Positions 51,276 to 63,400 of a stretch of 64,000 nt of DNA are shown here, in pieces. Every line of letters begins with the position of its first letter. The first letter of the stretch is position 1. This stretch comes from Macrostomum lignano. Lineage: Eukaryota. The DNA lies in contig NIVC01003721.1 of NCBI GenBank assembly GCA_002269645.1, forward strand, positions 1 through 64,000. Reading direction: 5' to 3'. The translations under genes were made by a program, and so were the position numbers. Below the pieces are notes generated by a model. It saw only the letters and a program-made list of their open reading frames with translations, did not search any database and was not told where the DNA came from.

Positions 51276-52244
51276 AAGAAAGGAAGGTAACCGAGCATTA
51301 ACTAACTTACTCGAGTCTCAAGGACAATTACCAAGGTAATGTTAGAAATTGATTAATTTTATCTATACGTATACAAACTCTCGTATGCAAGGTCGATTCA
51401 AGATTAAAATTTTATGATCCTGGAATCTTTCACGCCGGTGCAGATCTCAGGAGGAGATAAAATGTCAACCCGGAAGCGATAAGTTCACTTATCAAAATGA
51501 ATAGACATTGCATAACTGATTGAAGACGGTCTGAGGAAGTAAGTTCGACCTTTGTTCAACCTCAGTTTGCTGTATATCCTTCACCTAATCTCCTAAAGTG
51601 TGCACCAACTAATCTAATTGACTGTCTTAATGTCCTGTTTTTCGCTTATATATCTGTTTTCATGAGCTGACCAAGCTCAACCTTCAATGTTGAACTCTTG
51701 GGGCGACAGCGAAAAAAAACATAAAAAAGCATCACGCAACCGGGCAATACAGTTCCAACAGAAACAGGTCTTTGATTCAGTACCGCTTGTAATCGATAGA
51801 GTAGACAGTACGGCTGTCTCCGAGCAGAAAATTCAATCAGCATCTATAAAAATGGCTGCTTCATCGGACAGATTAATTTTAGCAAACACTCGCTACCTTT
51901 CATTCCGTGTTCTATTCAATTTTGCCACTTCATCGATGCGTCTAGCAGAATCCTTGGGGATTTAGCAGATGATTTTTGCTTGTTCCAATCGCCTTGGAAA
52001 TCTGAATGCGCAGTTCGCAACAGGTGCGCGTGCAATTCGGGCAGGTGCACTGGTTCGACTGGTTGTGTCATGTGACCTGAACTATAGCGATTCGTACGGT
52101 TGGAATATTGAGTTACACTACCCTGTCATGTCGCTTTTTATGTTGAAAGTTTCAAGCAAATCTTTGATCTGGGCAGGGGTAAGGGTTGCTTCTCTGTGAA
52201 TAGTTGCGTAGACGTCCACAAGGATCTGCAGCCCAAGCAAGTGA

Positions 52245-52880
52245 GTGTGGACAATGTGGGCAGTTGGTTAGTTATCCGTCATGGACAGTGTGGGCAGTTG
52301 GTTAGTTATCTGTCATGGACAATGTGGGCAGTTGGTTAGTTATCCGTCATGGACAGTGTGGGCAGTTGGTTAGTTATCCGTCATGGACAGTGTGGGCAGT
52401 TGGTTAGTTATCCGTCATGGACAGTGTGGGCAGTTGGTTAGTTATCCGTCATGGACAGTGTGGGCAGTTGGTTAGTTATCCGTCATGGACAGTGTGGGCA
52501 GTTGGTTAGTTATCTGTCATGGACAGTGTGGGTAGTTGGTTAGTTATCCGTCATGGACAGTGTGGGCAGTTTGTTAGTTATCTGTCATGGACAGTGTGGG
52601 CAGTTGGTTAGTTATCTGTCATGGACAGTGTGGGCAGTTGGTTAGTTATCTGTCATGGACAGTGTGGGCAGTTGGTTAGTTATCTGTCATGGACAGTGTG
52701 GGCAGTTGGTTAGTTATCCGTCATGGACAGTGTGGGCAGTTGGTTAGTTATCTGTCATGGACAGTGTGGGCAGTTGGTTAGTTATCTGTCATGGACAGTG
52801 TGGGCAGTTGGTTAGTTATCTGTCATGGACAGTGTGGGCAGTTGGTTAGTTATCTGTCATGGACAGTGTGGGCAGTTGGT
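52245..52880. repeat. 34-bp minisatellite GGACAGTGTGGGCAGTTGGTTAGTTATCTGTCAT
   Basis: About 18 tandem copies. Confidence 0.96.
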
Positions 52881-53383
52881 TGCCCATCGAGAAGCACTGC
52901 TGGACTAAGACTTTTTTCGTTGTTGCGGTGTACGAGAGGCAAGTTTCCATTCTCTGTGATAAAAAGGGATTCTACACGTCAGTTTTTCGGACTGAAGAAA
53001 TCATTTTTCAACACTCAGGACCCGAAAAAGCCAGAAAAAATATGAGCAGGTGCGGCCAAATCCAGCCTTCAGTCAGTCATCCGCTTCCAAACTCGGTTTG
53101 TTCCGGTTCGGAGAGCCGGAAAAAATCAAAATTCGAAAAATCCAACCAGATGAAACTCGCAAGGTCTCCGATTTTGACTTCTAAAGATAAGGATTTGCTG
53201 CCCATCGCAGAATCGAATCACGCAGAAAACTCTCCAAACTGGGCTCCGTCGTCACTGGGCCATTTCCTCTTTCTCACGGGATTGTTTGTCACCATGAGCA
53301 AACTCGAGGGGGGAGATTAAACTGATTGGACGGTCAACTCCCACCTGGCCAGTTTTTCTCTCGGGTGCTCTCTCGATCGCGCT

Positions 53384-53390
53384 TATAAAT
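53384..53390 (+). promoter_or_regulatory. TATA box of peptide precursor gene 1
   Basis: TATAAAT just upstream of a putative non-coding exon that ends at donor GAG|GTAAGC (53456/53457); acceptor CGCAG at 53651. Confidence 0.6.
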
Positions 53391-53684
53391 AGAAGAGCAG
53401 CGGAGATGGGCTGATCGGATCATTTTTGGTTCGGACGAAATCAATCGACGCTGGAGGTAAGCGTTGCTCATTTTTAAGCTTTGGAGACAGATTCAAGGCA
53501 AGCTTGCTAGGCCAAGAATTTAGTTCTCTAAGTATTCCTTCTTGCCACGGTACTGGGAGTTGTCCGTGCCAAAACTCATTGCAGGATTTCTAAAACGTTT
53601 TAGACCTAAATGCACGGGGCGATTAATTTTCTTCCTTGATCCTTATCGCAGATTTCAAGCCACTTTTCAACGCGACGACAAAAA

Positions 53685-54088
53685 ATGCAGTCGCACATTT
53701 TCATCAGCCTGTGCCTTGGCCTGGCCGCGGCAACCGTCGCCGTGTCGGGTGCCTCCATCGGCAACTACGAGATGTCGAAGCGGCAGACGGACGCCTGGAG
53801 CGGCCACAAGCTCGAGGTGCCGATCAAGTGGCGCAAGCGTGGCCCAGAGCTCATCATTGACCGGCTAGACAAACGCGGCCCGAGATGCTGCTCCAGCGCC
53901 ACTTGTCTGGCAAGCGATTCCACAAGCGCGGCCCGGAGCTCATCATCGACCGGCTAGACAAGCGCGGCCCGGAGCTCATCATTGACCGGCTGGACAAACG
54001 TGGCCCCGAGATGCTGCTCCAGCGTCACTTGTCTGGCAAGCGATTCCACAAGCGCGGCCCAGAGCTCATCATCGACCGGCTGGACTGA
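53685..54088 (+). CDS. Secreted neuropeptide/prohormone-like precursor 1 (~134 aa if one C is restored at ~53879-53881)
   Basis: Signal peptide MQSHIFISLCLGLAAATVAVSG; KR/RKR-delimited peptides QTDAWSGHKLEVPIKW, GPELIIDRLD x4, GPEMLLQRHLS-G(KR) x2 and FH x2; repeats differ at synonymous sites; AATAAA at 54182. Confidence 0.88.
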
Positions 54089-57000
54089 GCCAAAGCTGAG
54101 GCGCAGTGCTCACTATGACTTCGATGCTGGACACTGGTTTTTCCCTGCTTGTTTCATCGTCTGGATCAGCTGGCAATTTAAAATAAATATACCCTTTAGC
54201 TTAAGGCATCGTGCTTGCACTTCTGATATACCATCTTGAGTGGCTGATAGCAAAAGCTAGACTGGTTCAGTAACAATTCACAAACATTAACGTGTGCCCA
54301 TGAGCTATGCAACTTTTACTTAAAGAAGTCAGCAAACAAGCCACATATTCAAACACTGCGAGTAGTGTATTTCTGGTGGTTACTCTGCGGTCAGTGTTAC
54401 TGATTTTGTAAGGGGAGGGTCTGTAAAACTACAAAAAATATCGGCGGCTAAGGCTTTTAGTCACGGATAGCTCTGTCGGCCATCCGTTAAAAATTTACTT
54501 TTAACTTCATACGATAGAAAAACCTTCCGTAAAAGTGATTTTGTCACTGGACGAGTGACATTCAATGCAAACCTCGATGGGCCACTCAATACATTTGCGT
54601 GCATGCTATTTTCAGTTCAGTAGTAAGTTAAACTGAACCATTTAAATGTATTTTTAAGACAAGACTCATGTATTATGTATTATGTATTGTGATAAATAGG
54701 CAATTAGATAATAGCATGCACGGTAAGCAATTATTTAGGCCCTAGACAAACCTACTTGGAGCGTTTGGAGATTTTAAAGCTATTAATCCTAATCGCCTAT
54801 CGCCGGTCGGCGAGTTCTACCAGTCTTTCTCCAATAGCCGCAGGTACAGTACAAGAAAATAAAGAACACGAGAGAACACAAACCGAAAGATTTAGAGAGT
54901 GATAATCCTATATGATACAACTGATAATTGGCTAGACGATTTAATTTGATTATTCAGGCTACAGGATTCAAGCAATTCGCGGCGCAGATAATTAGACTGA
55001 TGATAACGAATAATAACGATTAATAATAATGATTATATTACGCACTGACAAGCGGATCTCAGCTTGAAGAAGAAGAAGGAGGCACCGAACACAGGACCAC
55101 GGAGAAAGACTCCTAACCCCTGGCCTAAGCCAGAACCTACTCTCAAACGAGAGCCCTGCCGAATCGACCGTTCAACGGAGTACCGACTGAATTCTATCGG
55201 CACTGCCCTTCAGTGTAACACTGAGGCCCTCGGGTCGAGGCCGCGTACTTGATCAGATCCGACAGTCTCTATCTAACCGCGCTTGATAGCGACGACGTCA
55301 GACAAGGATGCCGAATCGTTACGCTATAAGACTGAAGCGGTTGGGCGGGGAACAAAAACACGGACCGGGGGTGATGAATTCAGGCGCCTCAAAGCGCGAA
55401 CCAACAAGAGAGGAGAAATCGGGCCACCGGCCGGGAAGCTGGACAAGACAAAACCGGGGAAAGAGAGGCGAGAAGTGAGATCCGATTGCCAAATACACTT
55501 TCATATATAGTCAGAGTCACAAGCCCTCAAAACCCCCCTCAAGCCGGGTGGTGGTCGTCTGGCCGGCCGCTTGCTTAAGCCGAATTGCACCGTGCCCGCG
55601 GCGCCGGGTAGAATTGAAACTTGCCGCGTGCCAGGGTCCAGGCCGGTTCTGATTGGCTGGCCGCGCAAAGCTGGGGTTCGCAGACAAACTCAATCCTCCG
55701 CTGAGTCACAAATTTGGCGTCTAACTCTAACCTGTTTACACAAAATTGATTCTAACTAACAAGGAAAAAGTACACCAAAAACGTATGACTAAACTAAAGC
55801 AAAATAACAATTCAATAACAATATAGAAACGAATGCAGTCAATTTACAACAAAATACACGCAAAGATGCTCACACTACAGTATTCTTCTTTGCTACTGAA
55901 CTGAAAGTAGAAAGCTGTTTTGCTAATTATATATGCCTGAGTGGCCCATCTAGTTTTTCTAGTATCCGTGCACAAACCCGAGAAGTTATAAATGCCTCGA
56001 GAAAGTTTTCTAAAAATCTGCGAGGTCAGTTGGCATCGGATTAACAACGTCCGCCTGGAAGTCGGACTGGGAGACATTCGAATATTGAGCTAAGCATAGG
56101 CTAAGATGTAACAGAAACAGCTGGAACGAGAAGGAATTGCATGTTATTTTAAAGAATAACTTAAGTCTTATTCAACTCCTAATCGCAAGATACTCAGGTC
56201 AGTTTTTACCGACTCACTGTGTGTCAAGATTGCCTGGCCAGGGTATGCTACTATACTCCCATTGACTGCAGCGGGTTGTTTTTGTTTCTGTACGCGTATC
56301 TTTCTTGCCACCAAACGCTTGGCTAGCTAAGTTGGGGCTCAGGAGCCCACAAATATATGGTAAAACTGGACGGCCGGCCTCCAGTCTTGGACACGTCTCA
56401 TTCGTCTGTGCCACCTCGGGAGCCACTTCCCATGGAAAATACTCGTAGCTACTCGAACACTTGCAATCTGACTTCGTCATCAGAAAGATCATCAGGGACC
56501 TCTTGCTTACTGCAACCGGTACCAGCTCTGCATTTCCTAAGGGAGTTTTTCAAGCGTAAAAAGCTTTGAGGTTACTTGCAGTAGTCACTTGCTAAAAGAT
56601 ACAAGCTATACTGTTGACTTTGCAGAGAAAATGTTTCCGCTTTTGCGCTTCTATTCGCTTAAAAATAATTTCATTTAAAGCAAGTCGTTTCGGAATTGAA
56701 GGGCTGGGAGATGTGCAAAAATAGTGAAGCAGAGGGTGCTTGTCCTCGTGCTCAATGGGGGCGGAGGCAGTTTTAGAGCAGTTTCCCTACTGCAACAGGC
56801 GATTGGCCCGGGAAGTGAAGGAGAGAAGGTCTACCATCCCCAGTGCGACTTCTCCGAGGAATAAATTTCTCCAAAACGGGGCGCTGCGTGGGAGTCGCTG
56901 CTGTTGCTGTTTCTATCGCTGACACTGCCGCGCGAGTTGCTCATCCGCCCTGCCTCTTTCTGCTAGCTGCAGCGAGTTCGAAGTATTGGGTAAGCTGCGA

Positions 57001-57299
57001 CGCTTGATGAAAGTGGGGGGGGGGGCGGGGAAGTCAGCGGCTGGTGCTTTCTAGATGAGCTGCAATTTCCAGAAAAGTTCTGACCCGGATGCAGCTCTGC
57101 ACTATTGAACTTTGGACAGTTAATCCGAAAAATTGCTTTACTGCTGTTTTAAGGCTAGAAAAGAGCTGGCTTGCAAAAATAACCTGCAAAAACATGGCAG
57201 TGTGAAACAAGCTGATTTATGCTTTGATTGACCTCGCATGACCTCACATAAATAAAAAGCGACGAAAAATTAGCCCCATATATCAAAACGTTTTTTGAG

Positions 57300-57680
57300 T
57301 ATGCGCATCCGTGATCCCAAGAAGCAGTTTAGAATGTGCATCCGTGATCCCAAGATGCAGTTTAGAATGTGCATCCGTGATCCCAAGATGCAGTTTAGAA
57401 TGTGCATCCGTGATCCCAAGATGCAGTTTAGAATGCGCATCCGTGATCCCAAGAAGCAGTTTCGAATATGCATCCGTGATCCCAAGATGCAGTTTAGAAT
57501 GTGCATCCGTGATCCCAAGAAGCAGTTTAGAATGCGCATCCGTGATCCCAAGATGCAGTTTAGAATGCGCATCCGTGACCCCAGATGCAGTTTAGAATGC
57601 GCATCCGTGATCCCAAGATGCAGTTTAGAATGCGCATCCGTGATCCCAAGAAGCAGTTTAGAATGTGCATCCGTGATCCT
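57300..57680. repeat. 33-bp minisatellite GTGATCCCAAGATGCAGTTTAGAATGTGCATCC
   Basis: Tandem copies in the putative 5'-UTR intron of precursor 2 (donor 56990, acceptor ~57720). Confidence 0.95.
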
Positions 57681-57734
57681 AAATGTATGATCTTAAATTT
57701 CCTCTTATCCATTGCCTCAGCAGGCAAAAGTAAA

Positions 57735-58025
57735 ATGTCAGCTTGGCTCCCAGTTCTCTTGGGCCTAGTGCTCCTTGTCACTGTGTCAGCTGCTCCGGCC
57801 GCCAACGCCGACAAGCTTCAGGCTGCCTCGGGCCATCGGATGAAGCGGCAGACGGACGCGTGGAACGGGCACATCATCGATCTTGGCCGCAAACGTCGCC
57901 GCTGGACCAGCAGCGAAGCCGTCGTCGAATCGCCGCGTTGGCGTCGCGTCCCCTCGCGCTTGGGACCGCGCCGCGGATGGCTGCACGACAACGACGGCGA
58001 CCTCTTGGTTATGGAAGACTATTGA
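57735..58025 (+). CDS. Secreted neuropeptide/prohormone-like precursor 2 (96 aa)
   Basis: Signal peptide MSAWLPVLLGLVLLVTVSA; MKR-QTDAWNGHIIDL-G-RKRRR (pGlu and amidation signals); further RR sites; nucleotide similarity to precursor 1 around AAGCGGCAGACGGACGC. Confidence 0.8.
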   Translation: MSAWLPVLLGLVLLVTVSAAPAANADKLQAASGHRMKRQTDAWNGHIIDLGRKRRRWTSSEAVVESPRWRRVPSRLGPRRGWLHDNDGDLLVMEDY

Positions 58026-58508
58026 AAGAGACTGTCCTGAGCACTAAGGGCTAAAATATATCAATTAAGCATTGCAGATGGCTTAGAAATAGAATCGGAT
58101 AAATGTGATCTCTTCTGACAGAACCGATCGGCTTTGTTGTTGTTCGAATTTGCTCGAGTCGAGTTCTGCAGATTCTCATCGCTGATGCCATTGTGTGCTC
58201 AAGGCTTTACCTGAGTAATTGCAGTCAGATAATTCACAATCTCCAGTGTCTGAAATCAACTCGAGCATGAATTGCAACTCGTTAGCGAGAGTACCATTGT
58301 CACTGCAAGTCGCTATTGTCAGTGTTAGACTGCTGTTATCAATAGAACTCTGATATTTTTGGCCCGCTGGATACATTTTTTATGAGTATTTTTCATCCCT
58401 GGAAAGTCAGGCGTGAAAATGGGGATGCCAGCTTTGCAAGCCAAGGGTTTCCTATGGTTCCAGCTATACGAGTGCTGACAGCCTTGAATGCAGCGCAATA
58501 GAGGGACA

Positions 58509-58680
58509 GAGCAGCTCAGCGGTAACGGCTGACTCTCGCGCCACCGACCCCTGGTTCGATTCCGTGCGCGGCCCGCATTCATTGGGGGCTTGTCGTGGAA
58601 AGTCAAAGGGCCGCTGTGCACCCTGTGTGAGCGTGTGCATGAGTGCGTACCTGCGTACAGTATTGGCGCCCAAAACAGCG
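58509..58680 (+). mobile_element. tRNA-derived SINE, family B, copy 1
   Basis: AGCTCAGCGGT A-box, GGTTCGATTCC B-box; body CCGCTGTGCACCCTGTGTGAGCGTGTG shared with 60808-61060. Confidence 0.7.
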
Positions 58681-59253
58681 AAGCAATGAACGCAAGTTCT
58701 CAATGAATACAAGAACAGATCCAATGTCAGGAGTGCAAGATGGCGATGTCCGAAAATAACATTGCTCCAGTATGCTCGTAGTCTCAGTCAACAATAGGAC
58801 ACTTGCATGTTTACACTGAGAAAGCTGGTGAAGAGGTCCGCAAGTGACTATCATTTTACCGACGCGGATGCCCCCGGACATAGCTACTAACTACTCGAAA
58901 GGAACTTCTGTATACCTCAGGCCTCTGCGATGATTCTTCAAATTTGCAGTAAACTACTCATACATGTAGTGAAGCGTCCGTCAAAGAGGTCGCTGCTCCA
59001 TCGGCAACTCCAGCTGACGCTGACGCTGCAGGCACCCTATTCACCGACTGCCTGCTGGCTGTGATTCTTACGATTCTTCGGTTTAAGACGCGTCTTGTGA
59101 TGTTGTTTGTAAAGATATTCTATATAGTTTTCTAATTACCGGTATATTTTCAACGGCCTATTTTGCTGTTGCATTTTGCACCTAGTGCAGTAAAGTGTTA
59201 AAAACACTGAGTAGCTGTCACGGTACTGCCACACTACCCCTTGATGCTCACTC

Positions 59254-59375
<122 letters not shown>

Positions 59376-59442
59376 TCGGTTCGATCTTATTCTTGTAGAA
59401 GCCCCTTCGGGTCATCAACCGATAACTAAAGTTAGTAACAAC

Positions 59443-59752
59443 CTAGCCTAGCCTAGCCTAACCTAACCTAACCTAACCTTACCTTACCTTACCTTACCTT
59501 ACCTTACCTTACCTTACCTTACCTTACCTTACCTTACCTTACCTTACCTTACCTTACCTTACCTTACCTTACCTTACCTTACCTTACCTTACCTTACCTT
59601 ACCTTACCTTACCTTACCTTACCTTACCTTACCTTACCTTACCTTACCTTACCTTACCTTACCTTACCTTACCTTACCTTACCTTACCTTACCTTACCTT
59701 ACCTTACCTTACCTTACCTTACCTTACCTTACCTTACCTTACCTAAACGAAC
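59443..59752. repeat. Pentamer array grading CCTAG > CCTAA > (CCTTA)n
   Basis: Direct observation. Confidence 0.97.
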
Positions 59753-60424
59753 CTAACTCGGATTGCAGGTCAGCTGGTCTCTATTCAATTCAAAGACATG
59801 ACATTGACTGCTACGGTAGGCCGGCAACGGTCTGCAGCTAATTAAAAAAAGCCAAACCTACGTGAGACTCTCAGCTGTGAGGGTCTCATGTGGCCGGGCG
59901 AAATTTTGAGTTGGCCAAAAAATTCTTGAAAGCAATTATTAAGAAATAGAAGACGAGGGGGACACTTGGAGAGAGATGAAGAGCATTGAGCCAACTGCTG
60001 ATGAGGCTCGCGGAGGCGGCTGAAGATGCTCGGAAAATTTGCTGCCCGAGGGAGGCTCTTGCGACTTGGCAACACGAAAGCCGCCTCATCAGTAAAGTTG
60101 GCCTACAGAAAACTAGAAGCTATTCGACAAATTAATGCGAAAGTTGTTTGCGCGTTAGAGAAATTTCTCCGTTTATCTATTTAGAAGACTTTTCAAGGGC
60201 GCGAATTTCAGCACAAAAAATATGCAGTCTTTATCAGCTGCCGCGGCTGGGTGAAAAGCATAGCAAAGCCGCACATAAAAACTGGTATACGCTGCACTGC
60301 ACCCTCCCCACGGTGTCCAGCTGGGCTTTGATTGAACTGCTTTTTAACTTGACCTTGACCAGCCTCCAGACTAAGGCAGATTCGGCTCTGCGCTCTCTCG
60401 CCTGGCTTTCTAAGCAAAGTAAAG

Positions 60425-63400
60425 ATGAACAGTCTGGAGTACCGCCTTGCCGCTCTGGCTGACAAGGAGCAGGTGTCCGTGTGCCACGGGGACGAGCCCG
60501 GCACCATCTACAATAGCCTGGACTATGTGCCGCAGAGGTACCGCATGGCCCTGTCCAGCAGTAACAAAATCTGCGGCCTCTGCTTTGACAGGCAAGCTGG
60601 TAGAGTGGTGAGTGGAACTCGCCGATCAAAAGAGTCAACCAACATATGCTGAATGTTTCACAACAAACTGACTACGAGCCGTATTGGTACCAGGGTTGCG
60701 GGCATCCTGGTCAAACGTCCACAGTGTCCATCGTCTCAAAATCAGAGCTGAGGCAGTTTTGGCCATTCCCCTGACTCCTGAGGGCATGTGCTTCGAGTGC
60801 GCAGATAGTGTACACAGACACAAACTCATTCACACGTTCGCACAAGGTGCACAGCGGCCTGACGACCTCTGGTTCGACTCCGTGTGTGGCCGAATTCATT
60901 TCGGGGCTTGTGCACGACAGTAGGCCGGAGGTTGTCGTTCGATCCGCACCCATGAGGGCCAGCCTCCAAGGCACAGACTGTACATGCCTGACGATTGTAA
61001 AGTTAGGTCCGCTGTGCACCCTGTGTGAGCGTGTGTGCGAGTGCGTGCCTGTGTACAGTACGCTCGTATTAACGCGCTTGTATGCGTGCTCAGGAGTCAC
61101 ACGGACGTGCAGAATTGCCTCAGCGCTTTCAGTTCAGAGTGCCCGCAGCTTGCCTGCGAGTGTTTATTTTTCTAATCAATCAGTCAGTCCATTCTTCACA
61201 AGTTCAGGTGGCCTACGGTCAAATCTTCGTATTCGACGGCGGGCGCCACATGCTGCTGACAGGCCTGCGGGTGCATCCGCTCTACCAGGGCCGCGGAATC
61301 GCCACCGAGCTTCGCAACTTTCTCTGCCGCGAGACGCGCAAGAAATTTCCGGAAGTGAGCCCGGAAGTTCGATTCGGCGTCTACAAGCCGCAGTTCAGCA
61401 GCGCGGAGTTCTTCGCTGAGAACTTGGACTACACATTGATCTCGAAGAGGGTGAGAAATTTTATTGAGGCGGCAAAATATCCCCTATTTCTAACTCTTAT
61501 AAGCATAACTGGGGCATTTTGTTATTTGTCTTTTCAGCACTATTACGTGGTAAGCCGCACGGAAGTTAAAGTTGTTTCAATATTTTGATTGGAGTCAAGG
61601 GAGACGCAGAGAGACATGGTGAGACACTGTGAGACACTGTGAGACACTGTGAGACACTGTGAGACACTGTGAGACACTGTGAGACAGGTTGAGACACTGT
61701 GAGACATTGTGAGACATGGTGAGACACTCTGAGACACTGTGATACATGGTGAGACACTGTGAGACACTGTGAGACACTGTGAGACACTGTGAGACACTGT
61801 GAAACACTGTGAGACATTGTGAGACACTGTGAGACACTGTGAAACACTGTGAGACACTGTGAAACACTGTGAGACACTGTGAGACACTGTGAGACACTGT
61901 GAAACACTGTGAGACACTGTGAAACACTGTGAGACACTGTGAAACACTGTGAGACACTGAGACACTGTGAGACACTGTGAGACACCGTGAAACACTGTGA
62001 GACATTGTGAGACAATGTGAGACACTGTGAAACACTGTGAGACATTGTGAGACACTATGAGACACTGTGAGACACTGTGAAACACTGTGAGACACTGTGA
62101 AACACTGTGAGACACTGAGACACTGTGAGACACTGTGATACATGGTGAGACACTGTGAGACACTGTGATACATGGTGAAACACGGTGAGACACGGTGAGA
62201 CACTGTGAGACATGGTGAGACACTCTGAGACACTGTGAAACACTATGAGACACTTACAATCTCACAATAGTCAACTTCACAATGCCTCCCTCGCTAGACG
62301 GAGTTTCCCCTGTCCCAGCTGTCGCAGCTCCGTGACGCAATCTCCAGAGCCCGCAGCGCATCCGAGCTGCGCCATGCTCAGGAGGTCGTGTGGACCACCC
62401 GCAGCCGCCTGTACACCGCGATGCTGAAGGACTCGGCATTTCAGCAACTGTATAGTGGCTCCGTTATCTCCATCAACTTTGAGCTACTTGAACTGGACGA
62501 GTCTAACCTTGCTGTGCTGCCGGGAGACAGCGGAAGCGGCCCCGAAGGCGATGACAACGCTCCGAACAGCGTCATGGTCGCCACGAACGACGGGCAGCTG
62601 GTGCTGGGGTACGGAAGCACTTTGTACTGCCGGAAGGGCCTGCGGGCGGACTTTGACTTGTACTGCAATGGACTGGATAGGGGTGAGACCGGCCTGGATT
62701 GGTTGAATTAGTGACCGGATTGAGATGTGATGATGGATGTACTTACTCACTGGCCTGGGACATTGAGGCGCCAACCGACAGGAGCGGCCCACAATGAGAT
62801 AGGGGCGCCTACCAAGAGACAGGGGGGCCAACCAAGTGACAGGGGCGCCCACCAAGTAATAGGGGAGCCTACCAACTGACAGGGGAGCCTACCAACTGAC
62901 AGTGGCGCCAACCAAGAGACAGGGGCGCCAACAAAGACACAGGGGCGCCAACAAAGACACAGGGGCGCCAATCAAGAGACAAAGAGCGCCCACGAAGAGA
63001 TAGGGGGCGCCCACCAAGATATAGGGGGCGCCCACCAAGATATAGGGGGCGCCCACCAAGAGATAGGGGGCGCCCACCAAGTGACGGGGCGCCCACCAAG
63101 AGGCCAAATATTTGCACCCATTGAGGTTGCAGCCCGTCCAAATAAAGTTCCCGCACTGTTTTTCAGTCCCTACATATAATTGCGAATTCTTTGCGAATTT
63201 TCAGCGGACTTCTCATCCGAGACCCTAGCTGGTCTGTGCTCAAGCCTGGTGATCGGCTTCCTGTCTCAGCTTCTAGCCACCGATGGTGAGCAACTGGCCG
63301 CAATTCCTGAGCAATCGTTGTCGTTGTTCGTTTCGCTCGACTGTTTCAGCGGCACCAGTTTGAGTCCGTGCTCAAACTGCGATTTGGAGTCGCAATTGTC

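Noticed and set aside
52245-52880. Regular 34-bp repeats as a CRISPR array
   Set aside because: Units are head-to-tail with no unique spacers, there are no cas genes, and the context is eukaryotic
53879-53957. Frameshifted tail GPRCCSSATC resembles a conotoxin-like Cys motif
   Set aside because: Only three Cys, and it is the off-frame reading of the repeated GPEMLLQRHLSG unit
54688-55742. Possible LTR between the two precursor genes (TGTGATAAA...TTTACACA)
   Set aside because: No TSD, no second LTR, and no internal retroelement ORF
57295-57734. 33-bp array (MRIRDPKKQFR)n in frame with precursor 2 as an N-terminal extension
   Set aside because: It would bury the signal peptide; a donor at 56990 and acceptor at ~57720 place it in an intron, and one unit is frame-broken
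58509-58570. tRNA gene
   Set aside because: A and B boxes are present but there is no closing acceptor stem, and it continues into a repeated SINE body; the same applies at 33014 and 11488
59455-59480. (CCTAA)n as interstitial telomeric repeat
   Set aside because: Only a few units, grading into CCTTA; the flatworm telomere repeat is TTAGGG
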